From: an uncultured virus (IMG/VR IMGVR_UViG_3300020461_000002)
Taxonomy: Duplodnaviria; Heunggongvirae; Uroviricota; Caudoviricetes
DNA: 56,706 nucleotides
Strand: one strand, 5' to 3'
IMG/VR virus record: IMGVR_UViG_3300020461_000002
The position numbers and the translations under genes are program-made. Each line of letters opens with the position of its first letter. Position 1 is the stretch's first letter. This document shows, piece after piece, positions 36,552 to 45,189 of the stretch. The notes under the pieces are model-generated. The model was not told where the DNA came from, ran no database searches, and saw only the letters and a list, made by a program, of their open reading frames with translations.

Positions 36552-37001
36552 ATGAGTTATGATAATCCTTGGTTATACTTGGAACGAGTATTTGATAGTA
36601 ATGATGTTGGGGATAACTTTGGTTTTGTTTATCTCATTACCAATAAGTCCAACCAACGACAATATATTGGGAGAAAGTATTTTTGGTCTTTTAGAAAACC
36701 ACCAGGGAAGAAACGAAAAGTAAAACAAGAATCAGATTGGAAAAAGTATTATGGTTCTTGCCCTGAATTAAAGGAAGATATAAAAAAGTATGGTAAAGAG
36801 TTCTTCAGTAGAGAAATACTAAGTCTCCACAAAACTAAAGGAACTTGTAATTACGAAGAAACAAAACAATTATTTCTCAATAATGTTTTATCGGAGGCTC
36901 TTGACGACGGTGCGCCAGCGTACTATAATAGCAACATCCTAGGACGCTACATGCGGAAAGACTATGGTAACTTTGGAGGAAACTCTATCAATAACTCATG
37001 A
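36552..37001 (+). CDS. GIY-YIG endonuclease (DenA/Seg-like)
   Basis: GFVYLITN...YIGRK, YYGS, YEE, YNSNI. Confidence 0.85.
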   Translation: MSYDNPWLYLERVFDSNDVGDNFGFVYLITNKSNQRQYIGRKYFWSFRKPPGKKRKVKQESDWKKYYGSCPELKEDIKKYGKEFFSREILSLHKTKGTCNYEETKQLFLNNVLSEALDDGAPAYYNSNILGRYMRKDYGNFGGNSINNS

Positions 37002-37164
37002 TTGGGCAATTGATCGAATTCATACTTTACTTGACGAAGAAACAGATGATGTGATACAATCTTTAGAGTATGCACACGCAATTCGTCTTGAATTTGAAGA
37101 GTGGTTAGATCCACATGCCCCTGATCATGAAATCTATTCATTAGAATATTTGTCTGATAAATAG
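36964..37164 (+). CDS. Hypothetical protein
   Basis: 66-aa ORF. Confidence 0.6.
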   Translation: MVTLEETLSITHDWAIDRIHTLLDEETDDVIQSLEYAHAIRLEFEEWLDPHAPDHEIYSLEYLSDK

Positions 37165-37197
37165 AACGAATTAAAAAAAAATTATCTTTTAAAAATT

Positions 37198-37437
37198 ATG
37201 TCTGAAGAGCAAACCCTTGAACTGACTGAACAGCAAAGTCATCTAGCTAGTCTTCTACAGCAGAGAGAACTTTTGATTGGCGAGATTGAAAAAATGAAAA
37301 GTGTTGGTTCAGAAAAAAGAGATCTCCTTCTTAAAGTTTTAGGTGCAATTGAGTATCTGGGTCAAGTTGGTGTTACACTACCCGAACCACCTGCACCAGA
37401 ACCTGAAGAGGAAGTGGAAGAAACCCCGGAAGAGTGA
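37198..37437 (+). CDS. Hypothetical coiled-coil protein
   Basis: LLKVLGAIEYL...; ATAAATA upstream. Confidence 0.7.
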   Translation: MSEEQTLELTEQQSHLASLLQQRELLIGEIEKMKSVGSEKRDLLLKVLGAIEYLGQVGVTLPEPPAPEPEEEVEETPEE

Positions 37438-37448
37438 ATTTAATTTTT

Positions 37449-38021
37449 ATGATGAAATCTTTGATTGCAGCAGTAGCGGTTGCTATTGGATTTACTAATC
37501 CACCAGTCTCAAAACAATCGCAACCGCTTCCTGATATACAACCAACTTATTATAAACCTCTTACTTGGAAGTGTGAAGATTGTTCTGCTGAAGAACAATA
37601 TGTTCTTGCACAACTTCAAGATAAAACAAGAATTACAGATCGCAATGCCTTGGCAACGATCATGGGAAATATCAAACAAGAGAGCAAATTCATTTCCAAC
37701 ATATGTGAGGGAGGTGCCAGAGTTTCTTACACTGATTGTCACCGTGGTGGTTACGGACTCGTTCAATGGACTACCAAAAATCGTTATTTGGGATTGGGAT
37801 TCTTTGCAAGAAAATATGATTGCGATCCTAGCACTCTGGAATGTCAAACTAGGTACATGATTAATGAGAATATTTTCCAAAAATATCTACCTATGTTTGA
37901 GGGTGGTGGCAGAAGTATTAACCAGTACATGTTACCAGCATATTACTGGTTAGGTTGGGGTATTAAAGGTAGACGTGAGATGTATGCATACGAATACAGT
38001 AAAAAATTATTTCTATTATGA
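37449..38021 (+). CDS. Phage lysozyme-like (Phage_lysozyme2-type) murein hydrolase with signal sequence
   Basis: ALATIMGNIKQES, GYGLVQWT..R, LECQ. Confidence 0.75.
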   Translation: MMKSLIAAVAVAIGFTNPPVSKQSQPLPDIQPTYYKPLTWKCEDCSAEEQYVLAQLQDKTRITDRNALATIMGNIKQESKFISNICEGGARVSYTDCHRGGYGLVQWTTKNRYLGLGFFARKYDCDPSTLECQTRYMINENIFQKYLPMFEGGGRSINQYMLPAYYWLGWGIKGRREMYAYEYSKKLFLL

Positions 38022-38462
38022 TTACCAATACTGATTTTTGTAGAACTAAATGTTGTAATATCAAGGGTTATGATGGATCTTGTTGTACAATAGAAGATCG
38101 TAATTGGATTATTGGGGCAATCCCAGACCATATGGAAGTATTGGAACGTATTAGAGCACTTAATCCTGGAGTTGAAATTACTTGGGATGATTGCTTTATG
38201 ACTTACGAGGAAGGGAGTAATTTATTTCCAGACAAACCAACGTGGACAAATCCAAGAAACTATCCTTGTATGAGAATCAATATGAATTCTCGTCGTAGAG
38301 GTTGTGTTTTTTACAATGATCTGTTAGGATTCTGTCAGATCTATCAAGCAAGGTCGGTAACATGTTCTAATTATAAATGTGAGGAGCTCACAGAGCATCT
38401 TTTGCAACAAGAAAGAATCGAAAAAGGTCTTCAATTACTTGAAGAAAAAGAAAAATCAACAT

Positions 38463-38464
<2 letters not shown>
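38018..38464 (+). CDS. YkgJ-like Cys-cluster (Zn/Fe-S) protein
   Basis: C...CC...CC, CVFY, CQIY..R...C..Y.C. Confidence 0.75.
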
Positions 38465-38536
<72 letters not shown>

Positions 38537-38555
38537 TTATATAGAGTTTGGTAAT

Positions 38556-39365
38556 ATGACTAGGCAACATTGGGCAACATTAGCAACAGGCATACAAGTT
38601 TTTAGACGTGGAACATTTTATTATTTTGCCATACCTAAAAATGGATTAACTACCTTTACAGAATTTTTTGAAAAAAGAAAATGGCAAAGAGTTAATCTTT
38701 GGAATGAATTCTCTCATGGAAATACTAATATAACCATATTTGCTCATATCAGAAATCCTTATGAAAGATATATTAAAGGTGTGGTTGAATCAATAATAAG
38801 TAAAGATATACTTCAACCAAAAGATTTTGATTTTATTGAACGTGCGATAGTAGAGAATCCTAGATGGGTTGACTATATTACTACCACAGTAACTGATGAT
38901 CATACATGCCCTATCAGCAATATGATACCTTCGTTCATATCACCCTATCAGATAAATTGGATTCCTTTAGATCATCCAGAATTTAATTCTAATTTTTTAT
39001 TAAATCATTTTTTTCGAGAACATAATCTTCCAATTAAAATCAAAGAGGATATAGCATTAAATAAAGCAGAAATTGAAACAAAAGAGATGCGAGAGATTTT
39101 GAGAAAACATATGTATAGACGTGATGAATATGCTGAACATGCTAGAAATTTCTTTGAACGATCTATCATGAGTGAAGATATGCAGATATATAATCATGTC
39201 ATGAGACAGTATGAAGTAAAAACTCCATACCTTAGATCTGTTGCTTTGCAGGAAGAACAATATCCTAAATGGAAAAAAACAGATCTGTACTGGCACAAAC
39301 CTATACCAAAAGATTCTCATTACATCGATTGGATAAAACATCAAAAAGATCTAGATCTTAGATAA
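38556..39365 (+). CDS. Sulfotransferase-family-like protein, paralog 1
   Basis: YFAIPKNG.T (5'-PSB-like), HIRNPYER (3'-PB-like), DDHT.P, D..IY. Confidence 0.65.
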   Translation: MTRQHWATLATGIQVFRRGTFYYFAIPKNGLTTFTEFFEKRKWQRVNLWNEFSHGNTNITIFAHIRNPYERYIKGVVESIISKDILQPKDFDFIERAIVENPRWVDYITTTVTDDHTCPISNMIPSFISPYQINWIPLDHPEFNSNFLLNHFFREHNLPIKIKEDIALNKAEIETKEMREILRKHMYRRDEYAEHARNFFERSIMSEDMQIYNHVMRQYEVKTPYLRSVALQEEQYPKWKKTDLYWHKPIPKDSHYIDWIKHQKDLDLR

Positions 39366-39375
39366 AATCATTTTT

Positions 39376-39448
39376 GCCTACTTAGCTCAGCTGGTAGAGC
39401 AACGCTTTTGTAAAGCGTAGGTCGTCGGTTCAAGTCCGTCAGTAGGCT
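39376..39448 (+). tRNA. tRNA-Thr(TGT)
   Basis: GCCTACT/AGTAGGC stem, ACGCT-tt TGT aa-AGCGT; one T-stem mismatch. Confidence 0.92.
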
Positions 39449-39467
39449 TTGTCATTAAATTAATCTA

Positions 39468-40289
39468 ATGCACTCTCATTTATACAAAGTTAAGAATATG
39501 TCCAATGAGACAGTTCCCATTAAAAAGGGTAGACTTGTCTACGTTGGTATTCCTAAAAATGCCTGGAGTACTCATCAAATGTTTTTCAGGGAAACTGGAT
39601 GGGAGATGGCATCTTGGCATGAGATATTTGAAGAAGCTCCTCTCTATCAATGGTCATTTTTTGGTCACATTCAGAACCCACATACTCGCCATACTAAAGG
39701 TATTGCTGAACATATCTACAGACTTTGGGATTGGCGATCAAAGTGTCAAGGATATAAAAAATCTCCCGAAGCCATTCTTGCAGAAGTTGAGAAGTGGATT
39801 AAAGATGAGGAAAATGGATTTGCAGTATCATTGATGGTTCAATCTGTTTATGATCATCACACCATACCAATTAAAAATCTATGTGAGGATGTTGGGATTG
39901 ATCCTTATTCTGTTGCATGGATTCCAATGGATCATCCAGAATTTACTACAGAAGAATTAACTAATAAGTTTCTTGCTTCTCATAATATTTCAGAAAGAAT
40001 ATCTGAGAATGATAGAAGACATGTTGCAGATGAGTCAAAGAAGGGTATCTATGATGTCCTTCACGACATGAAGTTCTATTCCCTTATGCAAACTCTAAAT
40101 CCTTTTGGTGGTGGTCAGCATTATGAAAAACATTTTATGCCAACAGTTATGAAATATGATCTTGAATTATACGCTAAGGTTATGAAAGATCATGGTGTTG
40201 ACGTATATGAATTTGAAGATCCTACCTGGCAGGGTAGAGTTGATGAGCAAGGAGCATACATATCAGAACAATTTAGACTGAATTATTAG
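39468..40289 (+). CDS. Sulfotransferase-family-like protein, paralog 2
   Basis: YVGIPKNA.S, HIQNPHTR, DHHTIP, WIPMDHPEF, DLELY. Confidence 0.62.
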   Translation: MHSHLYKVKNMSNETVPIKKGRLVYVGIPKNAWSTHQMFFRETGWEMASWHEIFEEAPLYQWSFFGHIQNPHTRHTKGIAEHIYRLWDWRSKCQGYKKSPEAILAEVEKWIKDEENGFAVSLMVQSVYDHHTIPIKNLCEDVGIDPYSVAWIPMDHPEFTTEELTNKFLASHNISERISENDRRHVADESKKGIYDVLHDMKFYSLMQTLNPFGGGQHYEKHFMPTVMKYDLELYAKVMKDHGVDVYEFEDPTWQGRVDEQGAYISEQFRLNY

Positions 40290-40291
40290 TA

Positions 40292-40320
40292 TTGACAAAT
40301 TTTCTGCTTTGCTTTATACT
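40292..40320 (+). promoter_or_regulatory. Sigma70-type promoter upstream of tRNA-Gly
   Basis: TTGACA-N17-TATACT. Confidence 0.75.
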
Positions 40321-40367
40321 ACTTACATCCGTGTGAAGGATGTGTCGGGGGTACTCCCCCACCACTT

Positions 40368-40439
40368 GCGGGTGTAGTTCAGTGGTAGAACGTCAGCCTT
40401 CCAAGCTGAATGTCGTCGGTTCGAGTCCGATTACCCGCT
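40368..40439 (+). tRNA. tRNA-Gly(TCC)
   Basis: GCGGGTG/TACCCGC stem, TCAGC-ct TCC aa-GCTGA, GGTTCGAGTCC. Confidence 0.95.
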
Positions 40440-40474
40440 TTCTGGTTTATCGGTAAACCAGAATTTATACTCAT

Positions 40475-40482
40475 TATAAATA
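40475..40482 (+). promoter_or_regulatory. T4-type late promoter
   Basis: TATAAATA in intergenic DNA. Confidence 0.65.
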
Positions 40483-40486
40483 AATG

Positions 40487-40514
40487 TTACAACTGTCACA
40501 TGTGCCAGTTGTAA
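40487..40514. repeat. Near-perfect 28-bp palindrome
   Basis: TTACAACTG-T-CACATGTG-C-CAGTTGTAA. Confidence 0.85.
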
Positions 40515-40592
40515 TATCTAAGCAGATCCATGTCGAGGATCTTTACATCTGCGGGTATCCATTCCGCAAGTATACTTAAGAGGTTTAAACAA

Positions 40593-40970
40593 ATGATCAA
40601 ATCCGCAATCGCACTTGCTGCCGCTGCTCCTTTGATGGCAGCACCTGCCCTTGCAGGGCCCTACGTCAACGTGGAATCGAATGCTTCCTGGGCTGGGGAC
40701 GACTACGTTGGTGCAGTTACTGATATTCATGTTGGTTTTGGTGGCGATCTTGGCGAAGACGCATCCTGGTATATTCAGGGAGGACCTGCAATCCTTGCCG
40801 TTGACGGCGCTGAGAATGAGACCCGTTACTCTGGTAAGATTGGTGTTGCTGCTGATCTGACTGATAGTCTTGGTGTCTATGGTGAACTTTCCGCGATCAC
40901 TGCTACTGATGAATTTGAAATGGAAGATCTGGGTGTTGGTGGCAAACTGGGAGCAACTTTCTCCTTCTGA
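40593..40970 (+). CDS. Small outer-membrane beta-barrel-like protein
   Basis: Signal peptide ending APALA, alternating beta strands, C-terminal Phe (GATFSF); GAGG RBS. Confidence 0.75.
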   Translation: MIKSAIALAAAAPLMAAPALAGPYVNVESNASWAGDDYVGAVTDIHVGFGGDLGEDASWYIQGGPAILAVDGAENETRYSGKIGVAADLTDSLGVYGELSAITATDEFEMEDLGVGGKLGATFSF

Positions 40971-41007
40971 TAGTTCACGCCGTAACACACATTACGATAT
41001 CCTAACG

Positions 41008-41031
41008 ACCTCCCTAACGGGAGGTTTTTTT
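41008..41031 (+). terminator. Rho-independent terminator
   Basis: ACCTCCC-TAAC-GGGAGGT plus T run. Confidence 0.88.
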
Positions 41032-41034
41032 ATG

Positions 41035-41053
41035 ATTAAATTTAAATTAAGTG
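41035..41053 (+). promoter_or_regulatory. Putative Pho box upstream of pstS
   Basis: ATTAAATT and ATTAAGTG with TTAA cores 11 bp apart. Confidence 0.45.
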
Positions 41054-41087
41054 CTAATATATACCAAAGGTTTATCTAACAAAAAAG

Positions 41088-42053
41088 ATGAAACTCAAAG
41101 AATTTTTTATTGCTACATTGACTGCACCTGTTCTTATTGCTTGTGGTGCTGAAGAAAAGAAAGATACATTCAAACTGAATGGTGCAGGAGCTACCTTCCC
41201 TGCACCTCTCTATAACTCCTGGTTCCAAACTATGGCAAAGGAGACTGGAAACCAAGTGAACTATCAAGCAGTTGGTAGTGGTGCTGGTGTCCGTCAGTAT
41301 CATGCCAAGACTGTTGACTTTGGTGCCTCTGATGGTGCCGTAAGTGATAAGAAGCAGAAACTGCCTATGGTTCATGTTCCCATGACTGGTGGTGCCATTG
41401 TTCCTGCTTACAATTATCCTGGTTGTGATGCCAAGATGACTCAGACTCAACTTGCTGATGTGTTCCTTGGCAAGATCACCAACTGGTCTACTTTTGGTTG
41501 TGCAGATAAGAAAATTTTGACTGTTTATCGTTCTGATGGTTCTGGTACTACCAAAGGTTTCACCAACTCCCTGTCTGCTTTCTCTCGCGAGTGGAAGAAG
41601 ACCGTAGGAACTGGTAAGGCAGTTCGATGGCCTGTAGGTGTTGGTGGTAAAGGTAACTCTGGTGTTGCTGGAACTATTCAAAACCAACCTGGCGCTATTG
41701 GTTATCTAAATTATGGTTATGTGAACGGTGGTAAGTTCCAACAGGTTGCTCTACAAAACAAGGCAGGCAACTTTGTAAAGGCAAATGCAGAAACTTCTGC
41801 TGCAGGACTTGCCAAAATTGTTCTAGACGATAAACTTCGTGGGGCAGATCCTAACCCTGCAGGTGCGAATGCTTACCCAATCGTATCTCTAACATGGATC
41901 CTTGCCTATCCTGAGTCCGCTCCTGGAGTCAAGGAAACCCTTCGTTATATGCTAAGTGAAAAGTCGCAAGCGGTTTCAGATTCTTTGGGGTATGTACCTC
42001 TTCCAGAGTCTCTTCGACAGAAATCTCTTGCTGCTGTTGACAGCATAAAGTAA
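41088..42053 (+). CDS. pstS: Phosphate ABC transporter substrate-binding protein
   Basis: Lipobox LIAC, GAGATFP, VGSGAG, DFGASD, RSDGSGTT, AYPI. Confidence 0.97.
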   Translation: MKLKEFFIATLTAPVLIACGAEEKKDTFKLNGAGATFPAPLYNSWFQTMAKETGNQVNYQAVGSGAGVRQYHAKTVDFGASDGAVSDKKQKLPMVHVPMTGGAIVPAYNYPGCDAKMTQTQLADVFLGKITNWSTFGCADKKILTVYRSDGSGTTKGFTNSLSAFSREWKKTVGTGKAVRWPVGVGGKGNSGVAGTIQNQPGAIGYLNYGYVNGGKFQQVALQNKAGNFVKANAETSAAGLAKIVLDDKLRGADPNPAGANAYPIVSLTWILAYPESAPGVKETLRYMLSEKSQAVSDSLGYVPLPESLRQKSLAAVDSIK

Positions 42054-42066
42054 ATGTTGTATAGTT

Positions 42067-42091
42067 AGGGGATCATTTGATCCCCTTTTTT
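42067..42091 (+). terminator. Rho-independent terminator
   Basis: AGGGGATC/GATCCCCT stem plus T run. Confidence 0.85.
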
Positions 42092-42250
42092 ATGAAAAAG
42101 AAAGAGATGATTGAACTTTTAGAACAAAGAATTGATCAGATGGAAAATGAGTACATGCAATTAACTCGTGAACTTGCTAGATTGCAAGGTAGACTAGATA
42201 CATTTGAATCTCGATTGCCTGATGAAGAAAGTATTGAAGAAGTACATTAG
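42092..42250 (+). CDS. Small coiled-coil protein (52 aa, not in ORF track)
   Basis: MKKKEMIELLEQRIDQMENEYMQLTRELARLQGRL... Confidence 0.55.
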   Translation: MKKKEMIELLEQRIDQMENEYMQLTRELARLQGRLDTFESRLPDEESIEEVH

Positions 42251-42560
42251 TCTGATCTCTAAGATTCCAGAACGTCATTACTGGCCAATCTTTATTTTCT
42301 TATCACTTTATTTTGTTGTACCCTATAGTGAGATTGTGGTAACAATCATTGCATTAGGGTACTTTAAGTTTGAGAATGCTTACAGAAAAGTATTCTCAAA
42401 AATTTTATCACCTCTTCCTGATATAATTAAGTATGGTGGTTCAATCATTTTCTTCTTAGTGATGTTAAATGATACTATATTTTATGCCGCTATTATTCTA
42501 TTTGCTCTGTGGAGTGGTAGAGAAGTAAAAAGAAGGAAACTCTCACCTAATGAAGATTAA
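42222..42560 (+). CDS. Hypothetical membrane protein
   Basis: Several hydrophobic segments. Confidence 0.65.
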   Translation: MKKVLKKYISLISKIPERHYWPIFIFLSLYFVVPYSEIVVTIIALGYFKFENAYRKVFSKILSPLPDIIKYGGSIIFFLVMLNDTIFYAAIILFALWSGREVKRRKLSPNED

Positions 42561-42735
42561 TCTTTGGTATTCTAAAAGCATGGGACAGTGGCGCTGGACA
42601 CTTGTAGAAGAGTGGAGAAACGGTGTCACTAAGTCCGAACAACATTCTGGGCAACAACCAATGCTACGCGATGCAATGAATGATGTTGCCAATACTGTAG
42701 AGTATATGTTAGAATGTAAGGACAAGGGCGAATAG
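42550..42735 (+). CDS. Conserved hypothetical protein; stop codon lies within tRNA-Val
   Basis: MKINLWYS..MGQWRWTL...DVANTVEY. Confidence 0.7.
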   Translation: MKINLWYSKSMGQWRWTLVEEWRNGVTKSEQHSGQQPMLRDAMNDVANTVEYMLECKDKGE

Positions 42736-42797
42736 CTCAGCGGTAGAGCATCTCCTTTACACGGAGGTGGTCGGGGGTTCGATCCCCTCTTCGCCCA
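42726..42797 (+). tRNA. tRNA-Val(TAC)
   Basis: GGGCGAA/TTCGCCC stem, TCTCC-tt TAC ac-GGAGG, GGTTCGATCC. Confidence 0.95.
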
Positions 42798-42815
42798 TTT
42801 ACTACAACAGTAAAA

Positions 42816-43106
42816 ATGTTTATTAAAGCAATTAAGGATCTACTAAAATCAAAAAAACATAAGACCGTTCCAGCACCGGTGTATCTACAAGATGATCCAT
42901 GGTTTGGTCCTGCTCCTGTGCGTTCACAAAATCAACTGGATTACATGAAGCAAGAAACTCTTATTAAGCAGCAGCAAGCACAGAAAGATGGCAGAGAATA
43001 TAATGGAGAACCTTGTAATATGCATCAATTGATGTATGAGATGGCAACTTCTAATTGGAAAAATGTTGAAGTTTATGAAGGTGGATCTGAGAATTTTCAG
43101 GAGTGA
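42816..43106 (+). CDS. Hypothetical protein
   Basis: 96-aa ORF. Confidence 0.65.
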   Translation: MFIKAIKDLLKSKKHKTVPAPVYLQDDPWFGPAPVRSQNQLDYMKQETLIKQQQAQKDGREYNGEPCNMHQLMYEMATSNWKNVEVYEGGSENFQE

Positions 43107-43172
43107 TAAATAAAATGGCAAACGACCAAGAACTTCGTCAAGAACTTGAAAGTATTAAAGGTATGATTAGGG

Positions 43173-43421
43173 ATGTTAGTAATCAGGTGCAAGAACTGCG
43201 GAAAGCAGTTGGAAGGTCATCCTACGAAGATGAGGAGTTGCGGATGCGAAAACTATACGAGCATCCGTGGCACAAGCATCTCAGGGAAGGATCTATCACT
43301 AGTTGAAATAGTAAAGAATACTGATGATAAAAAAACTCCTACGTTTAGTAAGGAAGACCTTGCTTATCAGGAGGCAAGAAGACAAAGAAAGGTTCGTAAA
43401 TTAGATTTTGAAGTTAGATAA
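43173..43421 (+). CDS. Zinc-ribbon hypothetical protein
   Basis: CKNC...CGC motif, ends RKLDFEVR. Confidence 0.7.
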   Translation: MLVIRCKNCGKQLEGHPTKMRSCGCENYTSIRGTSISGKDLSLVEIVKNTDDKKTPTFSKEDLAYQEARRQRKVRKLDFEVR

Positions 43422-43498
43422 GTGTTACGATATGAACACTTTCTTGACAAAGTACAAATACTGAGTAATATAGCTAGTGTGTACTTTGGGAGAAAAAC

Positions 43499-43657
43499 AT
43501 GGACAATCACACCTTCAATAACTGGGTGAAAGTAAAAGAAACTTTTGAGTCTTCTGGAAATACTGATAATGCATTTTATAGAAGAGCATGTTCTATTGTT
43601 TCAAGTCCTTCAAGAGAGGATCCTATGGAACAACACCTTAAGTTTGATGTGGAGTGA
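43499..43657 (+). CDS. Small hypothetical protein (52 aa, not in ORF track)
   Basis: GGAG RBS; MDNHTFNNWVKVKETFESSGNTDNAFYRRA. Confidence 0.65.
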   Translation: MDNHTFNNWVKVKETFESSGNTDNAFYRRACSIVSSPSREDPMEQHLKFDVE

Positions 43658-43662
43658 TTGTT

Positions 43663-43881
43663 ATGTTTAAAGATTGGGGTAAGGGGTCTGAACCGCCTGA
43701 ATGGACAACTAAGACAGAAGTGCAGGAGATGATTGATGATGCAATACGAAAGCATAATCGTAACGCTGGAATCATTAGTATGTTTGTTGGATTTTTTGTA
43801 CTAGGACTCTTTAGTGAGGGTCTTCTTAGACTCATTGGAGTAATCGATCCCATATTCCCATGGCTCAAAATCACCTTATAG
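43663..43881 (+). CDS. Small membrane protein
   Basis: EMIDDAIRKHNRNA followed by TM segment. Confidence 0.65.
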   Translation: MFKDWGKGSEPPEWTTKTEVQEMIDDAIRKHNRNAGIISMFVGFFVLGLFSEGLLRLIGVIDPIFPWLKITL

Positions 43882-44042
43882 ACTGGATTGGAATAGTTTT
43901 AGCGTTGTCATTTGGCATGACCATGTTCTACCATGGTCATGCTATTTTTCATGGGAAAAATGGATATAAACATACTGAAAGAGAGAAGCATAAGTCTGCA
44001 GTAACTAGAAAACGTATAGAAAAATTACTTAAAGACAAGTAG
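43860..44042 (+). CDS. Small membrane protein
   Basis: N-terminal TM, basic tail. Confidence 0.55.
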   Translation: MAQNHLIDWIGIVLALSFGMTMFYHGHAIFHGKNGYKHTEREKHKSAVTRKRIEKLLKDK

Positions 44043-44074
44043 TATACATAACAATATACTGGAATATTTTCTCC

Positions 44075-44734
44075 ATGAAAAAATTTTTACTTGCTTTAAT
44101 GTTGATTGCTTCTCCAGTAGGTGCTGAAGAAAATATTACTAAAGGATTCTATAGTATGGATGCAATGGGTTGCATGATAGTAAGAGAGTGTACTAAAGAT
44201 GTTAAACGAATTAAAAGTATTCAAGATATTAAGGATCACTATCCCAGCAGTAATTTTAGTAGCATTGATTCTGAGTTTGATGACATCATCGCCTCTTTTG
44301 ATAGGGTCGGAGTTGGTGTCTTTTTAGGAAATGAAAGATATTTTCCACCTGGACACAGAGGTGTTTATCATACGGTTTCTAATAATTTCTTTTTGAATGA
44401 ATCTTTTATGCATCGCCAAAGCACACTCATGGCAGTGACCAGGCATGAAGGGTGGCACGCTGCACAGGATTGTATGGCAGGAACTATTGATAACAGTTTG
44501 ATTGCCATTATTCATAATGAAGAAGATGTTCCTAGGGTGTGGCAGGCAATTGCTAAAGACACTTACAAAATGACTCCAGATGCAATTCCTTGGGAGAAGG
44601 AAGCATTCTGGGCAGGACATACAAAAGGAATGACTGCCAAAGCACTAGAGGCATGTGCTGCTGGAAAGATGTGGGAGGTTTATAAACCAACACCTATGAC
44701 TGAGGAGTGGTTGCGCGAAAATGGTTTTATGTGA
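44075..44734 (+). CDS. Secreted HExxH metallopeptidase-like protein
   Basis: Signal peptide, RHEGWHAAQ, EKEA. Confidence 0.7.
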   Translation: MKKFLLALMLIASPVGAEENITKGFYSMDAMGCMIVRECTKDVKRIKSIQDIKDHYPSSNFSSIDSEFDDIIASFDRVGVGVFLGNERYFPPGHRGVYHTVSNNFFLNESFMHRQSTLMAVTRHEGWHAAQDCMAGTIDNSLIAIIHNEEDVPRVWQAIAKDTYKMTPDAIPWEKEAFWAGHTKGMTAKALEACAAGKMWEVYKPTPMTEEWLRENGFM

Positions 44735-44766
44735 TATACTATTTTTGTTGGCAGGGAGACCTTTCA

Positions 44767-44820
44767 GCTGCGGTAGTCCTCTTTGGTAGATTCAGGATTA
44801 GCGGCGATTAGAATCTACCA
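44767..44820 (+). ncRNA. Putative pseudoknotted RNA immediately 5' of tRNA-Pro
   Basis: 10-bp stem 44784-93/44811-20; its loop pairs with 44767-44780. Confidence 0.55.
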
Positions 44821-44824
44821 CTTA

Positions 44825-44898
44825 CGGGGTGTAGCTCAGTTTGGTAGAGCGCCGTCTTTGGGAGGCGGATGCCCAAGGTTCAAATCCTTGTACCCCGA
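44825..44898 (+). tRNA. tRNA-Pro(TGG)
   Basis: CGGGGTG/TACCCCG stem, CCGTC-tt TGG ga-GGCGG, GGTTCAAATCC. Confidence 0.94.
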
Positions 44899-44921
44899 TC
44901 GCCAGTTTTCGATCTGGCATC

Positions 44922-44950
44922 TTGACTATATAAAGTCAATCACTTATAAT
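44922..44950 (+). promoter_or_regulatory. Sigma70-type promoter
   Basis: TTGACT-N17-TATAAT; TTGACT/AGTCAA inverted repeat. Confidence 0.75.
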
Positions 44951-44973
44951 AATAGAGTAAACCAAATACAACA

Positions 44974-45189
44974 ATGGCACTTACTGAAAAATTCAAGAAA
45001 GACATTAGCATTCTCCGTGCTGCTGCCGATGGCGAAATTTTCCTTGATGTAAAGAATCCGAAACTTTTCAAAAAGGTGCGCCGCTACTACGAACGAGAAG
45101 GAGTGGTGTTTTCAGGAGAACCTCTAGATGATTATGAAATTTTGATGGAATATCTTTTCCAAGATCTTGAAACAGTTGAAGTTGTATGA
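44974..45189 (+). CDS. Conserved hypothetical cyanophage protein
   Basis: LDVKNPKLFKKVRRYY...PLDDY. Confidence 0.75.
   Translation: MALTEKFKKDISILRAAADGEIFLDVKNPKLFKKVRRYYEREGVVFSGEPLDDYEILMEYLFQDLETVEVV

Noticed and set aside
41076..41687. Long minus-strand ORFs opposite core genes (also 1795-2298, 5205-5675, 9277-9810, 35055-35510, 40518-40988)
   Set aside because: They are shadows of well-supported + strand genes and carry no recognisable motifs.
44767..44820. HDV-like/theta, hammerhead, twister or pistol ribozyme
   Set aside because: No P3/L3 domain, CUGAUGA/GAAA core or other catalytic consensus could be fitted.
44783..45052. 89-aa ORF in the track
   Set aside because: It spans the pseudoknot, tRNA-Pro and a promoter, so it is unlikely to be coding.
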